64,000 bases of DNA, from assembly GCA_963675755.2 (NCBI GenBank), contig CAXXMD010000002.1:1024001-1088000 (forward strand), in the 5' to 3' direction. Under the pieces are notes generated by a model. That model had not been told where the DNA came from. It saw only the letters and a program-made list of their open reading frames with translations, and did not search any database. Shown here piece after piece: positions 29,853 to 38,917 of this stretch. The stretch is from a bacterium. GTDB lineage: Bacteria; Zhuqueibacterota; Zhuqueibacteria; Residuimicrobiales; Krinioviventaceae. Position 1 is the stretch's first letter; every line of letters begins with the position of its first letter. The position numbers were made by a program, and so were the translations under genes.

Positions 29853-30471
29853 CAGTATCTCCAAGAAAACTTTCAATGAGCGATTTTTGCAATATTTCTA
29901 GCTGCTTATCAATACGCGCGTCAATATCACCACTTTCAGTAGCAATTATGCAACTGCCTTTATCAATATCCGCATGTTCTTCAAGCTTGATTTTTTTGTC
30001 GAAATAATCTTTTTTAATTGCAGGTAAATGCTTTTCAAGAATTTTTTTATCATCAGGATTCACCTGAATCAAAAGTTCATCATCATTTCCGCTTGAACGA
30101 ATAGCATTATTTACAATATCTAGTATAAATGTATCATCAATTTCTATTTTATCATAAATTACTTTTTGTGCTACTGCCATTGCAAGTGTAGCAACCTTTG
30201 TATTAAATTCATCATAAAAGATAGCACGACTGTTCATGAAAAGATTCACCTCATGAGATAAAGCAGTCAGCAAAGCATTCACATGAGCCAGTTCCTGCAC
30301 TTTACTCTTTTCAATCTGCAGGTTATCATATTTTAATTTGATTTCCTGTGCAGCAAGATCAAGTTCTTTTTGCCGTGTCTCCATTTCGGCTTTTTTAATA
30401 ATGGTTTGTTTCGGTTTGAGTTGCTCAGCAACCCGCCTAACATCTTCCATTTCTCTAACCGGGAATGGCAT
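29839..30471 (-). CDS. fliH: Flagellar assembly protein FliH
   Basis: VNPDD and GSCIIATESGDIDARI C-terminal motifs; between fliG and fliI; ATG at 30471 avoids overlap with fliG. Confidence 0.85.
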   Translation of the reverse strand: MPFPVREMEDVRRVAEQLKPKQTIIKKAEMETRQKELDLAAQEIKLKYDNLQIEKSKVQELAHVNALLTALSHEVNLFMNSRAIFYDEFNTKVATLAMAVAQKVIYDKIEIDDTFILDIVNNAIRSSGNDDELLIQVNPDDKKILEKHLPAIKKDYFDKKIKLEEHADIDKGSCIIATESGDIDARIDKQLEILQKSLIESFLGDTDGND

Positions 30472-30484
30472 ATTTAATTTAAGA

Positions 30485-31498
30485 TTATACATAAACTTCA
30501 CGATCCGATGTTGGCAGTGCAACTTCGCCAGCTTCAACAAGCTTTTTAATCTGCTGTGCAATTTGTTGTTGTACAGCTTCCACTTCAGACAACCTGACTT
30601 TACCAAGATATTCAACTTCTTCGTTAAGAATATTTTTAGCACGATCAGACATATTGTCAAAGATCCTGTTTTTCAATTCATCTGGTGATACCTTGAGAGC
30701 AAGTGCAAGATCTTTCATTTCAATATCACGCATGAGACGTTGAATTGCATTATCGTCCAATTGAATAATGATATCGAATACAAACATACGTTTTTCAACT
30801 TCTTTAGCCAGATCATCATCATAATCTTCAAGGGCTTTAAGAGCACTTTTCTCAGCTTTCTGACCGATAAAGTTAAGTATAGCAGCAACCTTGTCGGCAC
30901 CACCAGCTTTTTCATGCCTAATTCTCAGATCCATACTGGATGAGAGAGCATGTTCAACTTCACCAACAAGACTACTATCAATGGATTTCATAAGAGTAAG
31001 ACGGATGATAATCTCATTTCGCATATTCTCATCAAATTTTGAAAGAATGGAACCAGCTTGTTCAGAATCCAACTGCGAAAGAATAAAAGCAACTGTTTGT
31101 GGATGTTCTTCAGAAAGCATCTGAATAAATTGTTCAGGGTGCAATTTACCGATAACACCAATATCATGTACATCATTGGTACGACGAAGTTTATCGATAA
31201 TTTTCATTGCACGACCAGAATCAAGTGCTTCAACAAGTACGTCACGGGCATAATCAATACCACCCGCAACCATATATTTTTGACCCATGATTAAATTTTG
31301 AAATTCTTCAATCACCTGTTCAAATTGATCAGAGGGAACATTTTCAAGAATAGCCATTTCCCTGGTGATTAATTCAATTTCCTGATCATTGAGTTCTTTA
31401 AAAACAGCAGCAGCAGCTTTTGAACCTAATCCGATTAGTAAAATGGCTGATTTACGAATACCAACACCATGACTACTAAGTTTGTTTTCACCATCCAT
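30485..31498 (-). CDS. fliG: Motor switch protein FliG
   Basis: GGIDYAR, EHPQ, MFVF, NMSDRA, VE.VQQQI. Confidence 0.97.
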   Translation of the reverse strand: MDGENKLSSHGVGIRKSAILLIGLGSKAAAAVFKELNDQEIELITREMAILENVPSDQFEQVIEEFQNLIMGQKYMVAGGIDYARDVLVEALDSGRAMKIIDKLRRTNDVHDIGVIGKLHPEQFIQMLSEEHPQTVAFILSQLDSEQAGSILSKFDENMRNEIIIRLTLMKSIDSSLVGEVEHALSSSMDLRIRHEKAGGADKVAAILNFIGQKAEKSALKALEDYDDDLAKEVEKRMFVFDIIIQLDDNAIQRLMRDIEMKDLALALKVSPDELKNRIFDNMSDRAKNILNEEVEYLGKVRLSEVEAVQQQIAQQIKKLVEAGEVALPTSDREVYV

Positions 31499-31501
31499 AT
31501 C

Positions 31502-33067
31502 TTAACCTTCCGACAACCAGGCACGGATCAATTGTGCCGTCATACTTGGATTATTAACTATATAATTTGAAATATCTTCATTACGCTGTAATGGGCCAGC
31601 AGTAGCTTTTTCAATTTCTTCTAAAAAGTCGATATCATCTTCCTCTGGTGCTTCAAGTGATCCTGCCATTTCAGAATCATAATCTCCACCTTCAAGTTGA
31701 GGAGTAGAATCTCCAAAAATCTCTCTTTTACCTCTGTTCATTCGAGCTCTGAATATTAAAAATCCTACAACTAACAGTAATACTGTTGCTGCTTTTTGAA
31801 TCAGGTCTCCCCATTTTTCCCAGAATGTTATTTGTTTGTTTAATTCTTCCAGGGTTAACCAGGTTTGGCCTTCAAAAGCAAGATTATGTACAACCAGCTG
31901 ATCGCCACGATCATCACTAATACCAATTGCATTTCGTGTTAATGTTTCAATCTGGGATATTTCTTCAGGGGTACGGGGGCTGTATTCAATAACCGTTTCA
32001 CCATCTTCATTTGTGGTTTTTACCTGACGGTCATTTAAAGTTACAGCTACAGAAAGGCGTTTAATGCTGCCAATATCTTCGATGATATGTTCAACAGATT
32101 TTGCCAATTGATAATTGGTAACAATATGTTCAACATTGTTTTCACCATAATTGGCAGAATCCGAAGCGGTCTGAGTTTCAGTTTCTTCAGATAATACAAC
32201 TGTATTTTCCGGATCATAGATCTCATTTGTTTTTTCTATACGACGGAAATCAAGCTCAGCGGTTGCCCTTACAATAGAATTACCCTGACCTAAAAACTGA
32301 TCGAGCATGGTTTGAGCTTTATCTTCAAGGTATGATTCAAGTTGAGATTGCAGTTGCAACTGGCCTTCATTCAATGCTGCAATAGAATCAGACTTGCGGT
32401 TTTTAGTAAGGATATTACCCTTATCATCAACTATTGTAACATTTTCATTTTCAAGGCCTTCAACACTACCGGCAACAAGTTGGGCAATACCTCTAATGTG
32501 CTCTTCACTTAAACGGGCACGACCTTTTAAAAGTAAAAAGATAGATGCGGAAGGTTCTTCCTGATCTTCTTTGAAAACACGTTCTTTGGGGAAAACGAGG
32601 TGTACGCGCGCTTTATCAACTTCTTCCATTGATTGGATGGTTCGGCACAATTCGCCTTCAATAGCGCGTCGATAGTTTAATTGCTGAACAAATTCAGATA
32701 CACCAATATCGTTTTTATCGAAAAGTTCGTATCCAAATCCGGTTGAATTTGCAGGCAAACCATTTGAAGCCAACTTCATTCTGGCTTCATACAGTTCTTT
32801 ACGGGGGACCATTAAACCCCGGCCACCCTGTGTAATTTTATAAGATATATTTTCTGATTCAAGTTGATCTATTACAGCCTGTGCATCAGAAGGCTCAAGT
32901 TCAGTTATCAATATAGCATAATCTGGCTTAACAGCCCAATTGATCACTCCACCCAGCAACACAAAAGCCATAACAAATACAAGAATAATAGTAGCGCGCT
33001 GTGCCATTGTTAAATTAACAAACGGCTCCGCAAAGCGCTCCCGAAGAACACTCAATAATTCAGCCAT
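31502..33067 (-). CDS. fliF: MS-ring protein FliF
   Basis: GYELFD, YRRAIEGEL.RTI, ARVHL, SVEGL, IKRLSVAV, RGD, two TMs, IRAWL. Confidence 0.97.
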   Translation of the reverse strand: MAELLSVLRERFAEPFVNLTMAQRATIILVFVMAFVLLGGVINWAVKPDYAILITELEPSDAQAVIDQLESENISYKITQGGRGLMVPRKELYEARMKLASNGLPANSTGFGYELFDKNDIGVSEFVQQLNYRRAIEGELCRTIQSMEEVDKARVHLVFPKERVFKEDQEEPSASIFLLLKGRARLSEEHIRGIAQLVAGSVEGLENENVTIVDDKGNILTKNRKSDSIAALNEGQLQLQSQLESYLEDKAQTMLDQFLGQGNSIVRATAELDFRRIEKTNEIYDPENTVVLSEETETQTASDSANYGENNVEHIVTNYQLAKSVEHIIEDIGSIKRLSVAVTLNDRQVKTTNEDGETVIEYSPRTPEEISQIETLTRNAIGISDDRGDQLVVHNLAFEGQTWLTLEELNKQITFWEKWGDLIQKAATVLLLVVGFLIFRARMNRGKREIFGDSTPQLEGGDYDSEMAGSLEAPEEDDIDFLEEIEKATAGPLQRNEDISNYIVNNPSMTAQLIRAWLSEG

Positions 33068-33109
33068 GTTTCCCTTTTCAATATTAAACTACAAAAAACT
33101 CACTTATGC

Positions 33110-33415
33110 TTACATTTGCATTCGTGTGACCTCACGATATGCTTCTATCAATCTGTTTCGTACCTCCAGTACCAATTCCAATCCAACACCGGCTTTTTCA
33201 GCAGCAATCATTACATCATGTACGTCTTCAATTTCGCCAGAGGCAAACTGCTCAGCTATTTCTCCTGCCTCTAATTGAGAGTCGTTGATCTCACCCAAAA
33301 TTTGTTTAACCCGTGTACCAAAACTGCTCACATCCTGGTTCGGATTATTATTTCCCTTTTGGGGATTAATTTCGGGAAGTAATGAACTTCCTGTGATTGA
33401 ATTAATGGAACTCAT
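33110..33415 (-). CDS. fliE: Hook-basal body protein FliE
   Basis: DVHDVMIAAEKA..LEVRNRLIEAYREVTRMQM. Confidence 0.96.
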   Translation of the reverse strand: MSSINSITGSSLLPEINPQKGNNNPNQDVSSFGTRVKQILGEINDSQLEAGEIAEQFASGEIEDVHDVMIAAEKAGVGLELVLEVRNRLIEAYREVTRMQM

Positions 33416-33425
33416 ACATAAACTC

Positions 33426-33773
33426 TTATGTTGTTAAATCCAGTTTTGTGCCGATAGAGTAACTGTTAGAAACTGTATTGTTCATCTTGTATGCATCAAT
33501 CCCCCAGTTACTGGAATTTCCGGGGAAAAGTTCTTGAAGCATTGATTTTTCTTCAGGCTCTATCACTTCATCCAATGTCTTTGGTAAATTTTGTAAACTA
33601 ATATCAACATTTGCAGCTTTGGTAGTAGACTGTGCAGTCTGTGCTTTGGTTTGTGACTGCTGTGTCTGAACCTGATTCTGCTTTTGAACTTCAGCACCAG
33701 TTCCCTTTTGGGTCTGCTGCTGAGGCATGCTAGATATCATATTACGTGAATATGCACTGGATTCAATTCTCAT
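33426..33773 (-). CDS. Gln-rich hypothetical protein inserted between flgC and fliE
   Basis: In-operon with GAGG RBS; ends IGTKLDLTT. Confidence 0.75.
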   Translation of the reverse strand: MRIESSAYSRNMISSMPQQQTQKGTGAEVQKQNQVQTQQSQTKAQTAQSTTKAANVDISLQNLPKTLDEVIEPEEKSMLQELFPGNSSNWGIDAYKMNNTVSNSYSIGTKLDLTT

Positions 33774-33793
33774 TATTTACCTCAAATTTATAA

Positions 33794-34291
33794 TTAAATT
33801 TCGAGTGCCTTTTTAAACATATCTTTGGCTGCATTAATAACTGTGGCATTGGCCTCATAAGCTCTTGCCGCAGACATTAACTTTACCATTTCTTCAATAG
33901 AATTTATATCAGCAACTTCAACATAACCCTCTTCATTTGCATGAGGATGTTCAGGCGCATAAATCAATTTCGTATCACTATTTTCAAGTTCATATGCTTC
34001 TGCTCGTACACCTGTTTCTGCTTCGTTTGCAGTCAGTTTTTTTTGTATACCATTCATATGTTGAGCATATGAACGAACCAATCGGGTTTGAGATCGCTGC
34101 AAAGATCCTTTAAATGAATCCTCTTCCCTGGCAATAAATTCTAAATCTTTGGGTTTATAAGGTTCACCGGTCTTGCTGTCTATACTTTCGGCATTTGCAA
34201 TATTTTCAGCACGTACTTCTAGGTTTTTGCGCTGTGCGCTTAGACCACTTCCGCTTATTCCAAAAACACCAAATATTTTTCCGATTGCCAT
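33794..34291 (-). CDS. flgC: Basal-body rod protein FlgC
   Basis: ISGSGLSAQR..AENIANA, Y.PEHPHANEEGYV, EMV.LMSAARAYEAN. Confidence 0.96.
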   Translation of the reverse strand: MAIGKIFGVFGISGSGLSAQRKNLEVRAENIANAESIDSKTGEPYKPKDLEFIAREEDSFKGSLQRSQTRLVRSYAQHMNGIQKKLTANEAETGVRAEAYELENSDTKLIYAPEHPHANEEGYVEVADINSIEEMVKLMSAARAYEANATVINAAKDMFKKALEI

Positions 34292-34306
34292 AAAAAAACT
34301 CCCTGC

Positions 34307-34708
34307 TTATTTTCCGGTTATTGCTTTATGCAAAGATTTAAATTTTGCCGCAGTAATACGGGAAGTAGCAGAATAATACAACTGGTTCTCAGCTGTTTTA
34401 ACCATTTCTTTATCAATATCTACATTATTAACACCACTTTCCAAGATCTGGGAATTGTCTCGTTCAATCACAATATTCTCCGATGAGCTGGAACCACCAA
34501 TAGGAATATGTCTATAATCAGAACGAAGCGTTTCCAGCTTGCTTGTTTTGGCATTTAACAATTCTGTAAAATCAACATCTTTGGTTTGGTAACCAGGTGT
34601 ATTAATATTTGAAATATTTTCTGCAATTGTACGCTGTCTGGCTGCAGAACCATCAAGCATGCGGTCGAACAGGGGTACATTTACTTTGTCAAATATGGCT
34701 TTAAACAT
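34307..34708 (-). CDS. flgB: Basal-body rod protein FlgB
   Basis: RQRTIAENISNINTPGY..KDVDF, NNVDIDKEM; ATG at 34708 with AGGT RBS, downstream of the sigma54 promoter. Confidence 0.95.
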   Translation of the reverse strand: MFKAIFDKVNVPLFDRMLDGSAARQRTIAENISNINTPGYQTKDVDFTELLNAKTSKLETLRSDYRHIPIGGSSSSENIVIERDNSQILESGVNNVDIDKEMVKTAENQLYYSATSRITAAKFKSLHKAITGK

Positions 34709-34748
34709 GTTTACACCTAAAAAAATTTTATACCTACAGTGCAAAACT

Positions 34749-34765
34749 AGCAAGGCCTGTGCCAA
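34749..34765 (-). promoter_or_regulatory. Sigma54 promoter for the flgB operon
   Basis: Minus strand TTGGCAC-AGGCC-TTGCT, a perfect -24/-12 match 40 nt upstream of flgB. Confidence 0.88.
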
Positions 34766-34785
34766 ATTGTTTGACACAGGCCTTG
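34751..34785. repeat. 15-bp inverted repeat overlapping the flgB sigma54 promoter (possible terminator of the upstream regulator gene)
   Basis: CAAGGCCTGTGCCAA-attgt-TTGACACAGGCCTTG; the one mismatch is a G-U pair in minus-strand RNA. Confidence 0.75.
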
Positions 34786-34874
34786 TGTTTAAATACATTG
34801 ATTTTATTTAACTTATAACTAAAAGGGTAAGATCAGAAGAAAAAACAAAAATTTGAAAGAGAAAAAAGTTACAG

Positions 34875-36245
34875 TTATTGGGAATTTTCTTCCCAAACTT
34901 GTTCACCATAACTTTTTAATTTATTGCGAAGAGTTTTAACAGTAATTCCTAAAGCATGGGCTGCTTTGGTTTTATTGTTACTAACCTTTTTAAGTGTTTT
35001 CAGAATCAATCGTCTTTCTGCTTCATAGATAGTCAAATCTTCATCTGCATTAAACAGATAATCAAAAAGATCACCATACTCGTCAATAAATTCAAGGTCT
35101 TCAGCAGTTATTGAATTGTCTTCTGCAATAACAGATACTTTTTCTATAGTGTTTTGTAATTCTCGAACATTTCCGGGCCAATCATAATCTGTCATTCGTT
35201 TCAAGGCATCTGAAGAGAATGATTTTTCAAGGCCGTGTTCTTCATTAACTCTATTAATAAAAAAGTCAACAAGCAATGGAATATCATCTTTGCGCTGTCT
35301 GAGGGATGGAACATTGATCTTGATAACATTTAACCGGAAATACAAATCTTTACGAAAGCGTCCCTCTTTAACTTCTTCTCGCAGATCTCGGTTTGTGGTT
35401 GCAATAACACGTGTATTGACTTTGATACTTTTAGCATCACCTAATCTTTCAAATTGCTTGGTTTGTAATACACGCAATAATTTGGCCTGCAAGGTAAGCG
35501 GCATTTCACCTATTTCATCTAATAAAATGGTTCCACCATCTGCCTGTTCAAAACGACCTTTACGTCGCATATGTGCGCCAGTAAATGCACCTTTTTCATG
35601 CCCAAACAATTCGCTTTCAATTAATGTTTCGGGTAGGGCTGCACAATTCACTTTAATATAAGGCTTATCTCTACAAGTGCTTGCTTTATGTATAGCATCA
35701 GCAATAACTTCTTTACCGGCACCTGTTTCGCCTTCAATCAATACACTGGCTTGGGTAGGAGCTACTCGTCGAATCAAAGCCATAATATTCATCATTGTCT
35801 CAGATTTGCCAATAACCAGATCACTAAAATCCTGGCTTGAAGGTTCCTGCTGTGCAGTAGCTCGGGTTGCGGTATTTCTTTGTTTTAATACTCGACGGAT
35901 GAGTTGTTGAATATCTTTTTTAGAATAAGGTTTGGTAAGATAATCAAAAGCCCCTTTTCGCATGGCTTCAACAGCATTTTCTATTGAACCATAAGCAGTT
36001 CCAATAACAACATCAATTTCTGGTTTTACTTTTTTGATATGTTCCAGTACTTTGATACCGCTTAATTCGGGGATTCGCAAATCCGTAAACACAATATCAA
36101 AATCTTTTTCTTCTATTGCATTAATTGCTGCTTTTCCATCACCTACACTGACTGTTGCACAATCAATATCTTTAATAACAACTTCTAAAAACTGTCGTAC
36201 TGTAGGATCATCTTCAACAACAAGGACATTTGGGATTCCCTGCAT
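34875..36245 (-). CDS. Sigma54-dependent response regulator (REC-AAA+-Fis HTH), FleR/FlrC/FlgR-like
   Basis: VEDD, FTDL, KP; GETGAGKE, ESELFGHEKGAFTGA, LLDEIG, WPGNVREL; HTH at the C-terminus. Confidence 0.95.
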   Translation of the reverse strand: MQGIPNVLVVEDDPTVRQFLEVVIKDIDCATVSVGDGKAAINAIEEKDFDIVFTDLRIPELSGIKVLEHIKKVKPEIDVVIGTAYGSIENAVEAMRKGAFDYLTKPYSKKDIQQLIRRVLKQRNTATRATAQQEPSSQDFSDLVIGKSETMMNIMALIRRVAPTQASVLIEGETGAGKEVIADAIHKASTCRDKPYIKVNCAALPETLIESELFGHEKGAFTGAHMRRKGRFEQADGGTILLDEIGEMPLTLQAKLLRVLQTKQFERLGDAKSIKVNTRVIATTNRDLREEVKEGRFRKDLYFRLNVIKINVPSLRQRKDDIPLLVDFFINRVNEEHGLEKSFSSDALKRMTDYDWPGNVRELQNTIEKVSVIAEDNSITAEDLEFIDEYGDLFDYLFNADEDLTIYEAERRLILKTLKKVSNNKTKAAHALGITVKTLRNKLKSYGEQVWEENSQ

Positions 36246-36976
36246 TATTCTCTCCCAGGTAATTTAGGTATAATTATGCTCACTTTTGTTCCAATTTTAT
36301 CTTTACTTTCGATAGATATATCACCTTTATGTAACATAATATAATTTCTTGAAATAACCAAACCTAAACCTCGTCCATTATGCTTGGTGGTGAAAAAAGG
36401 AGTAAAAAGTTTACTAAAATTTTGTCTTTTGATTCCAGTACCAGTATCGTTAATTACAAGTGCAATCGATTCTCTGTTATCATGGTTTATAATTTTAGAA
36501 GAAATAATTATAGTACCTTGATTTTTAACCGCATCAACAGCATTATCAAGTATATTAACTATTGAACTTTGTAATAAAATCAAATCAGCCCAAATATAAA
36601 CATTATTATCTAAAAAATCTAATTTATATTCAATTTCTTTATCAATAAAATATTGTCGAACTACCTGTTCAACAAACGATGCAAAATTCAATTTGATAAA
36701 TGACGGATTAATGGGCCGCGTTAATAAATAAAGATCTTCAATAAAGCTGTCAATTCGCTGAATACATGTATCAATCGTTTCAACTTTGGCTTCATCTATA
36801 TGGTCTTTTAACTCTTCTTTCAGGATCGAAACAGTACCCGCGATTCCTGCAAGTGGATTTCTAATCTCATCGGCAATTGAATCAGCCATTTGAGATAAAA
36901 AATTATAAAATGCCGGATTTAGATGATTCACTTGATCTGAAACAATGATATCATCAAAAGTCTCAATTTTTTTCAT
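36245..36976 (-). CDS. Sensorless NtrB-type histidine kinase (FleS/FlgS-like) with Asp in place of the H-box His
   Basis: IADEIRNPL, N-box NILDNA, DTGTGI, LFTPFFTTK, GRGLGL; stop codon overlaps the regulator start. Confidence 0.85.
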   Translation of the reverse strand: MKKIETFDDIIVSDQVNHLNPAFYNFLSQMADSIADEIRNPLAGIAGTVSILKEELKDHIDEAKVETIDTCIQRIDSFIEDLYLLTRPINPSFIKLNFASFVEQVVRQYFIDKEIEYKLDFLDNNVYIWADLILLQSSIVNILDNAVDAVKNQGTIIISSKIINHDNRESIALVINDTGTGIKRQNFSKLFTPFFTTKHNGRGLGLVISRNYIMLHKGDISIESKDKIGTKVSIIIPKLPGRE

Positions 36977-37002
36977 AAATAATAGTCAGTTAATGTGTGA
37001 AT

Positions 37003-37335
37003 TTACTTATCAATAACCAATGATTGGGTGTCTTGGTGATAATCCAAGTCAATGTTAATGACTTGACCACATACACAGGTTATTTTAATAGCAGAAACAG
37101 AGTCTCCATCCTTAACCAATTCAATTTCTGGTTGAGCATCTCCATGCGACATATGATTCCCTTGAAATGTCGTAATGGGTGGAGTATTACCATTCTTTTT
37201 GCTACTGGCAGAAATGTCATCCTTTTTCACAATTTTATTACCACTTTTGGAAAAATCATTCCCATTGGAATTTTGATTCAACCAATCTGTTAAATCCTGA
37301 AAAGAGACTTTATCATTCTGTTTCTTCAAAATCAA
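37003..37335 (-). CDS. Small hypothetical protein with a CxCG motif, first gene of the regulator operon
   Basis: IKITCVCGQVINID; TTG start with AAGG upstream; co-oriented with the kinase and regulator. Confidence 0.7.
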   Translation of the reverse strand: MILKKQNDKVSFQDLTDWLNQNSNGNDFSKSGNKIVKKDDISASSKKNGNTPPITTFQGNHMSHGDAQPEIELVKDGDSVSAIKITCVCGQVINIDLDYHQDTQSLVIDK

Positions 37336-37368
37336 CCTTGTACTTTAGACAATCTACTAGTCTTTTTC

Positions 37369-37385
37369 ACCAAAGAATGTGCCAA
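37369..37385 (-). promoter_or_regulatory. Putative sigma54 promoter for the CxCG-kinase-regulator operon
   Basis: Minus strand TTGGCAC-ATTCT-TTGGT (-12 is GG instead of GC). Confidence 0.55.
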
Positions 37386-37419
37386 AAAAAATGCCGCGCT
37401 GGCAATAATAACGCGGCGT
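37384..37419 (-). terminator. Rho-independent terminator-like hairpin
   Basis: Minus strand GCCGCG-loop-CGCGGC followed by A and 8 U. Confidence 0.7.
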
Positions 37420-37499
37420 ATAAAAAAGGCCATCTTGATATTGTGTTGGATTAATCCAGCCAGTAAAAAATTCAACACATAAACTATTATTTACATTAC

Positions 37500-37528
37500 A
37501 ATATAGTCTATTTTAGTTTTATTTGCAA
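37500..37528 (-). promoter_or_regulatory. Putative sigma70 promoter
   Basis: Minus strand TTGCAA-N17-TATATT; the region is AT-rich, so a chance match is possible. Confidence 0.45.
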
Positions 37529-37633
37529 ATAAAAACATAATTTTTAATTTAATGAATTTTATTTTAATTCATCAATATTTATTACATTAAAATTACCGGG
37601 TATATTTTACCCATTCCTATACAAAACGAATTT

Positions 37634-38896
37634 TTATAATGATGTAACGGGTTTGTGTTTTGATAGATAATCAGGATCAATAGTAATACCTAATCCCGGG
37701 CCTGTTGGAACTGTAACTTTACCATTCTCACTTTTGAGTGACGAGGTTTTGCATTCAAAACGTACATTCTCACTCAAGCCCTTAAACTCGTGAAAATCAC
37801 CCGCATTTTTAAGAGTAGAAACAAAATGTACCATGTACAAATATCCCAACCCAGAACCCGAAATATGGGGCACACACTTTTTACCCACGAGTTCTGCCAT
37901 TCTGGCGACACGTGTACAACGGATCATTCCACCAAAATAAAACAAATCCGGTTGTACAATATCCAACGCATCATTTGCTATAAGCCATCTGAATCGGTGC
38001 ATACTGGTTTCCTGCTCTCCACCCGATACAGGAATAGTCAATGCGTCTTTAATCATTTTGGTTTCTTCTAACCAGTCAAACGGACAAGGTTCTTCATAAA
38101 AGCTGTAATTGTATTTTTCTAACAAATGTCCTATCTCAATTCCCTTGTCTACGGTATAGGATCCATTTGAATCCGCATACAGTATCATATCATCTCCAAA
38201 TGTTTCCCGTACCAGTGGAATTAACTTTACAGTACGATCCGGAGGATAGTCTTTATTGTTACTCATGCGTCCACCAATTTTAACTTTTAAAGCTTTGGTT
38301 TGGCTTTTTTCAACATTTGCTTTAATAGTTTCAATTGATTTTTCAGCAGTTTCACCACGATAATTATTGGCACGATAAACATTGATACTATCCTGGTATT
38401 GTTTACCAATTAATTCAGTGACGGATTTATTTGCAATATTCCCAAGCATATCCAGAACAGCAAATTCCATAGATGCAAGCGATATCCACAAGGCAAGGCC
38501 CTGGAGTTTGTAATTACTATTAGAAATATAAACCTTGTGCAACAATGCTTCCAACTCTCTTGCATCCTGTCCCACAAACAGAGGTTTAATTTTAATCAAG
38601 AACAAAGGATATAAATATCTCATATGAGCATTATTACATACAGCATACCCTTCTGCCCCATCTTTTGAACGGACTTGTACAATAAAATTCTCATTATAAT
38701 GTAGTAAAGAAACAGACTCGATTATAACCGGAGATGTAAACAATTTTTTTTTCAATACCGGTTGATTCAAAATTTGATCAAATTCAGAATAATCAACAGA
38801 TTTTGATTGTGGAGCAGCACAACCAGTTGTACCCAGAGAAATTGCAGCACATCCGGTGCCCAGTGTCTTGAAAAATGTTCTTCTTTTTTGTTCCAT
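37634..38896 (-). CDS. Mandelate racemase/muconate lactonizing (enolase superfamily) enzyme with a Tat/lipoprotein signal
   Basis: KRRTFFK twin-arginine, LGTTGC; KxK (LKVKIG); metal ligands DSN/EEP/GEQ; QPD, PH, PTGPGLG. Confidence 0.9.
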   Translation of the reverse strand: MEQKRRTFFKTLGTGCAAISLGTTGCAAPQSKSVDYSEFDQILNQPVLKKKLFTSPVIIESVSLLHYNENFIVQVRSKDGAEGYAVCNNAHMRYLYPLFLIKIKPLFVGQDARELEALLHKVYISNSNYKLQGLALWISLASMEFAVLDMLGNIANKSVTELIGKQYQDSINVYRANNYRGETAEKSIETIKANVEKSQTKALKVKIGGRMSNNKDYPPDRTVKLIPLVRETFGDDMILYADSNGSYTVDKGIEIGHLLEKYNYSFYEEPCPFDWLEETKMIKDALTIPVSGGEQETSMHRFRWLIANDALDIVQPDLFYFGGMIRCTRVARMAELVGKKCVPHISGSGLGYLYMVHFVSTLKNAGDFHEFKGLSENVRFECKTSSLKSENGKVTVPTGPGLGITIDPDYLSKHKPVTSL

Positions 38897-38917
38897 TATA
38901 TACCTCCAAATGGATAA

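Noticed and set aside
30472-30660. N-terminal extension of the fliH ORF in the track
   Set aside because: It overlaps the fliG 3' end in another frame; ATG at 30471 gives a normal-sized FliH
34709-34798. N-terminal extension of the flgB ORF
   Set aside because: It runs through the sigma54 promoter; ATG at 34708 has an RBS
219-37454. Many short plus-strand ORFs across the flagellar cluster
   Set aside because: Antisense shadows of well-supported minus-strand genes, with no recognisable motifs
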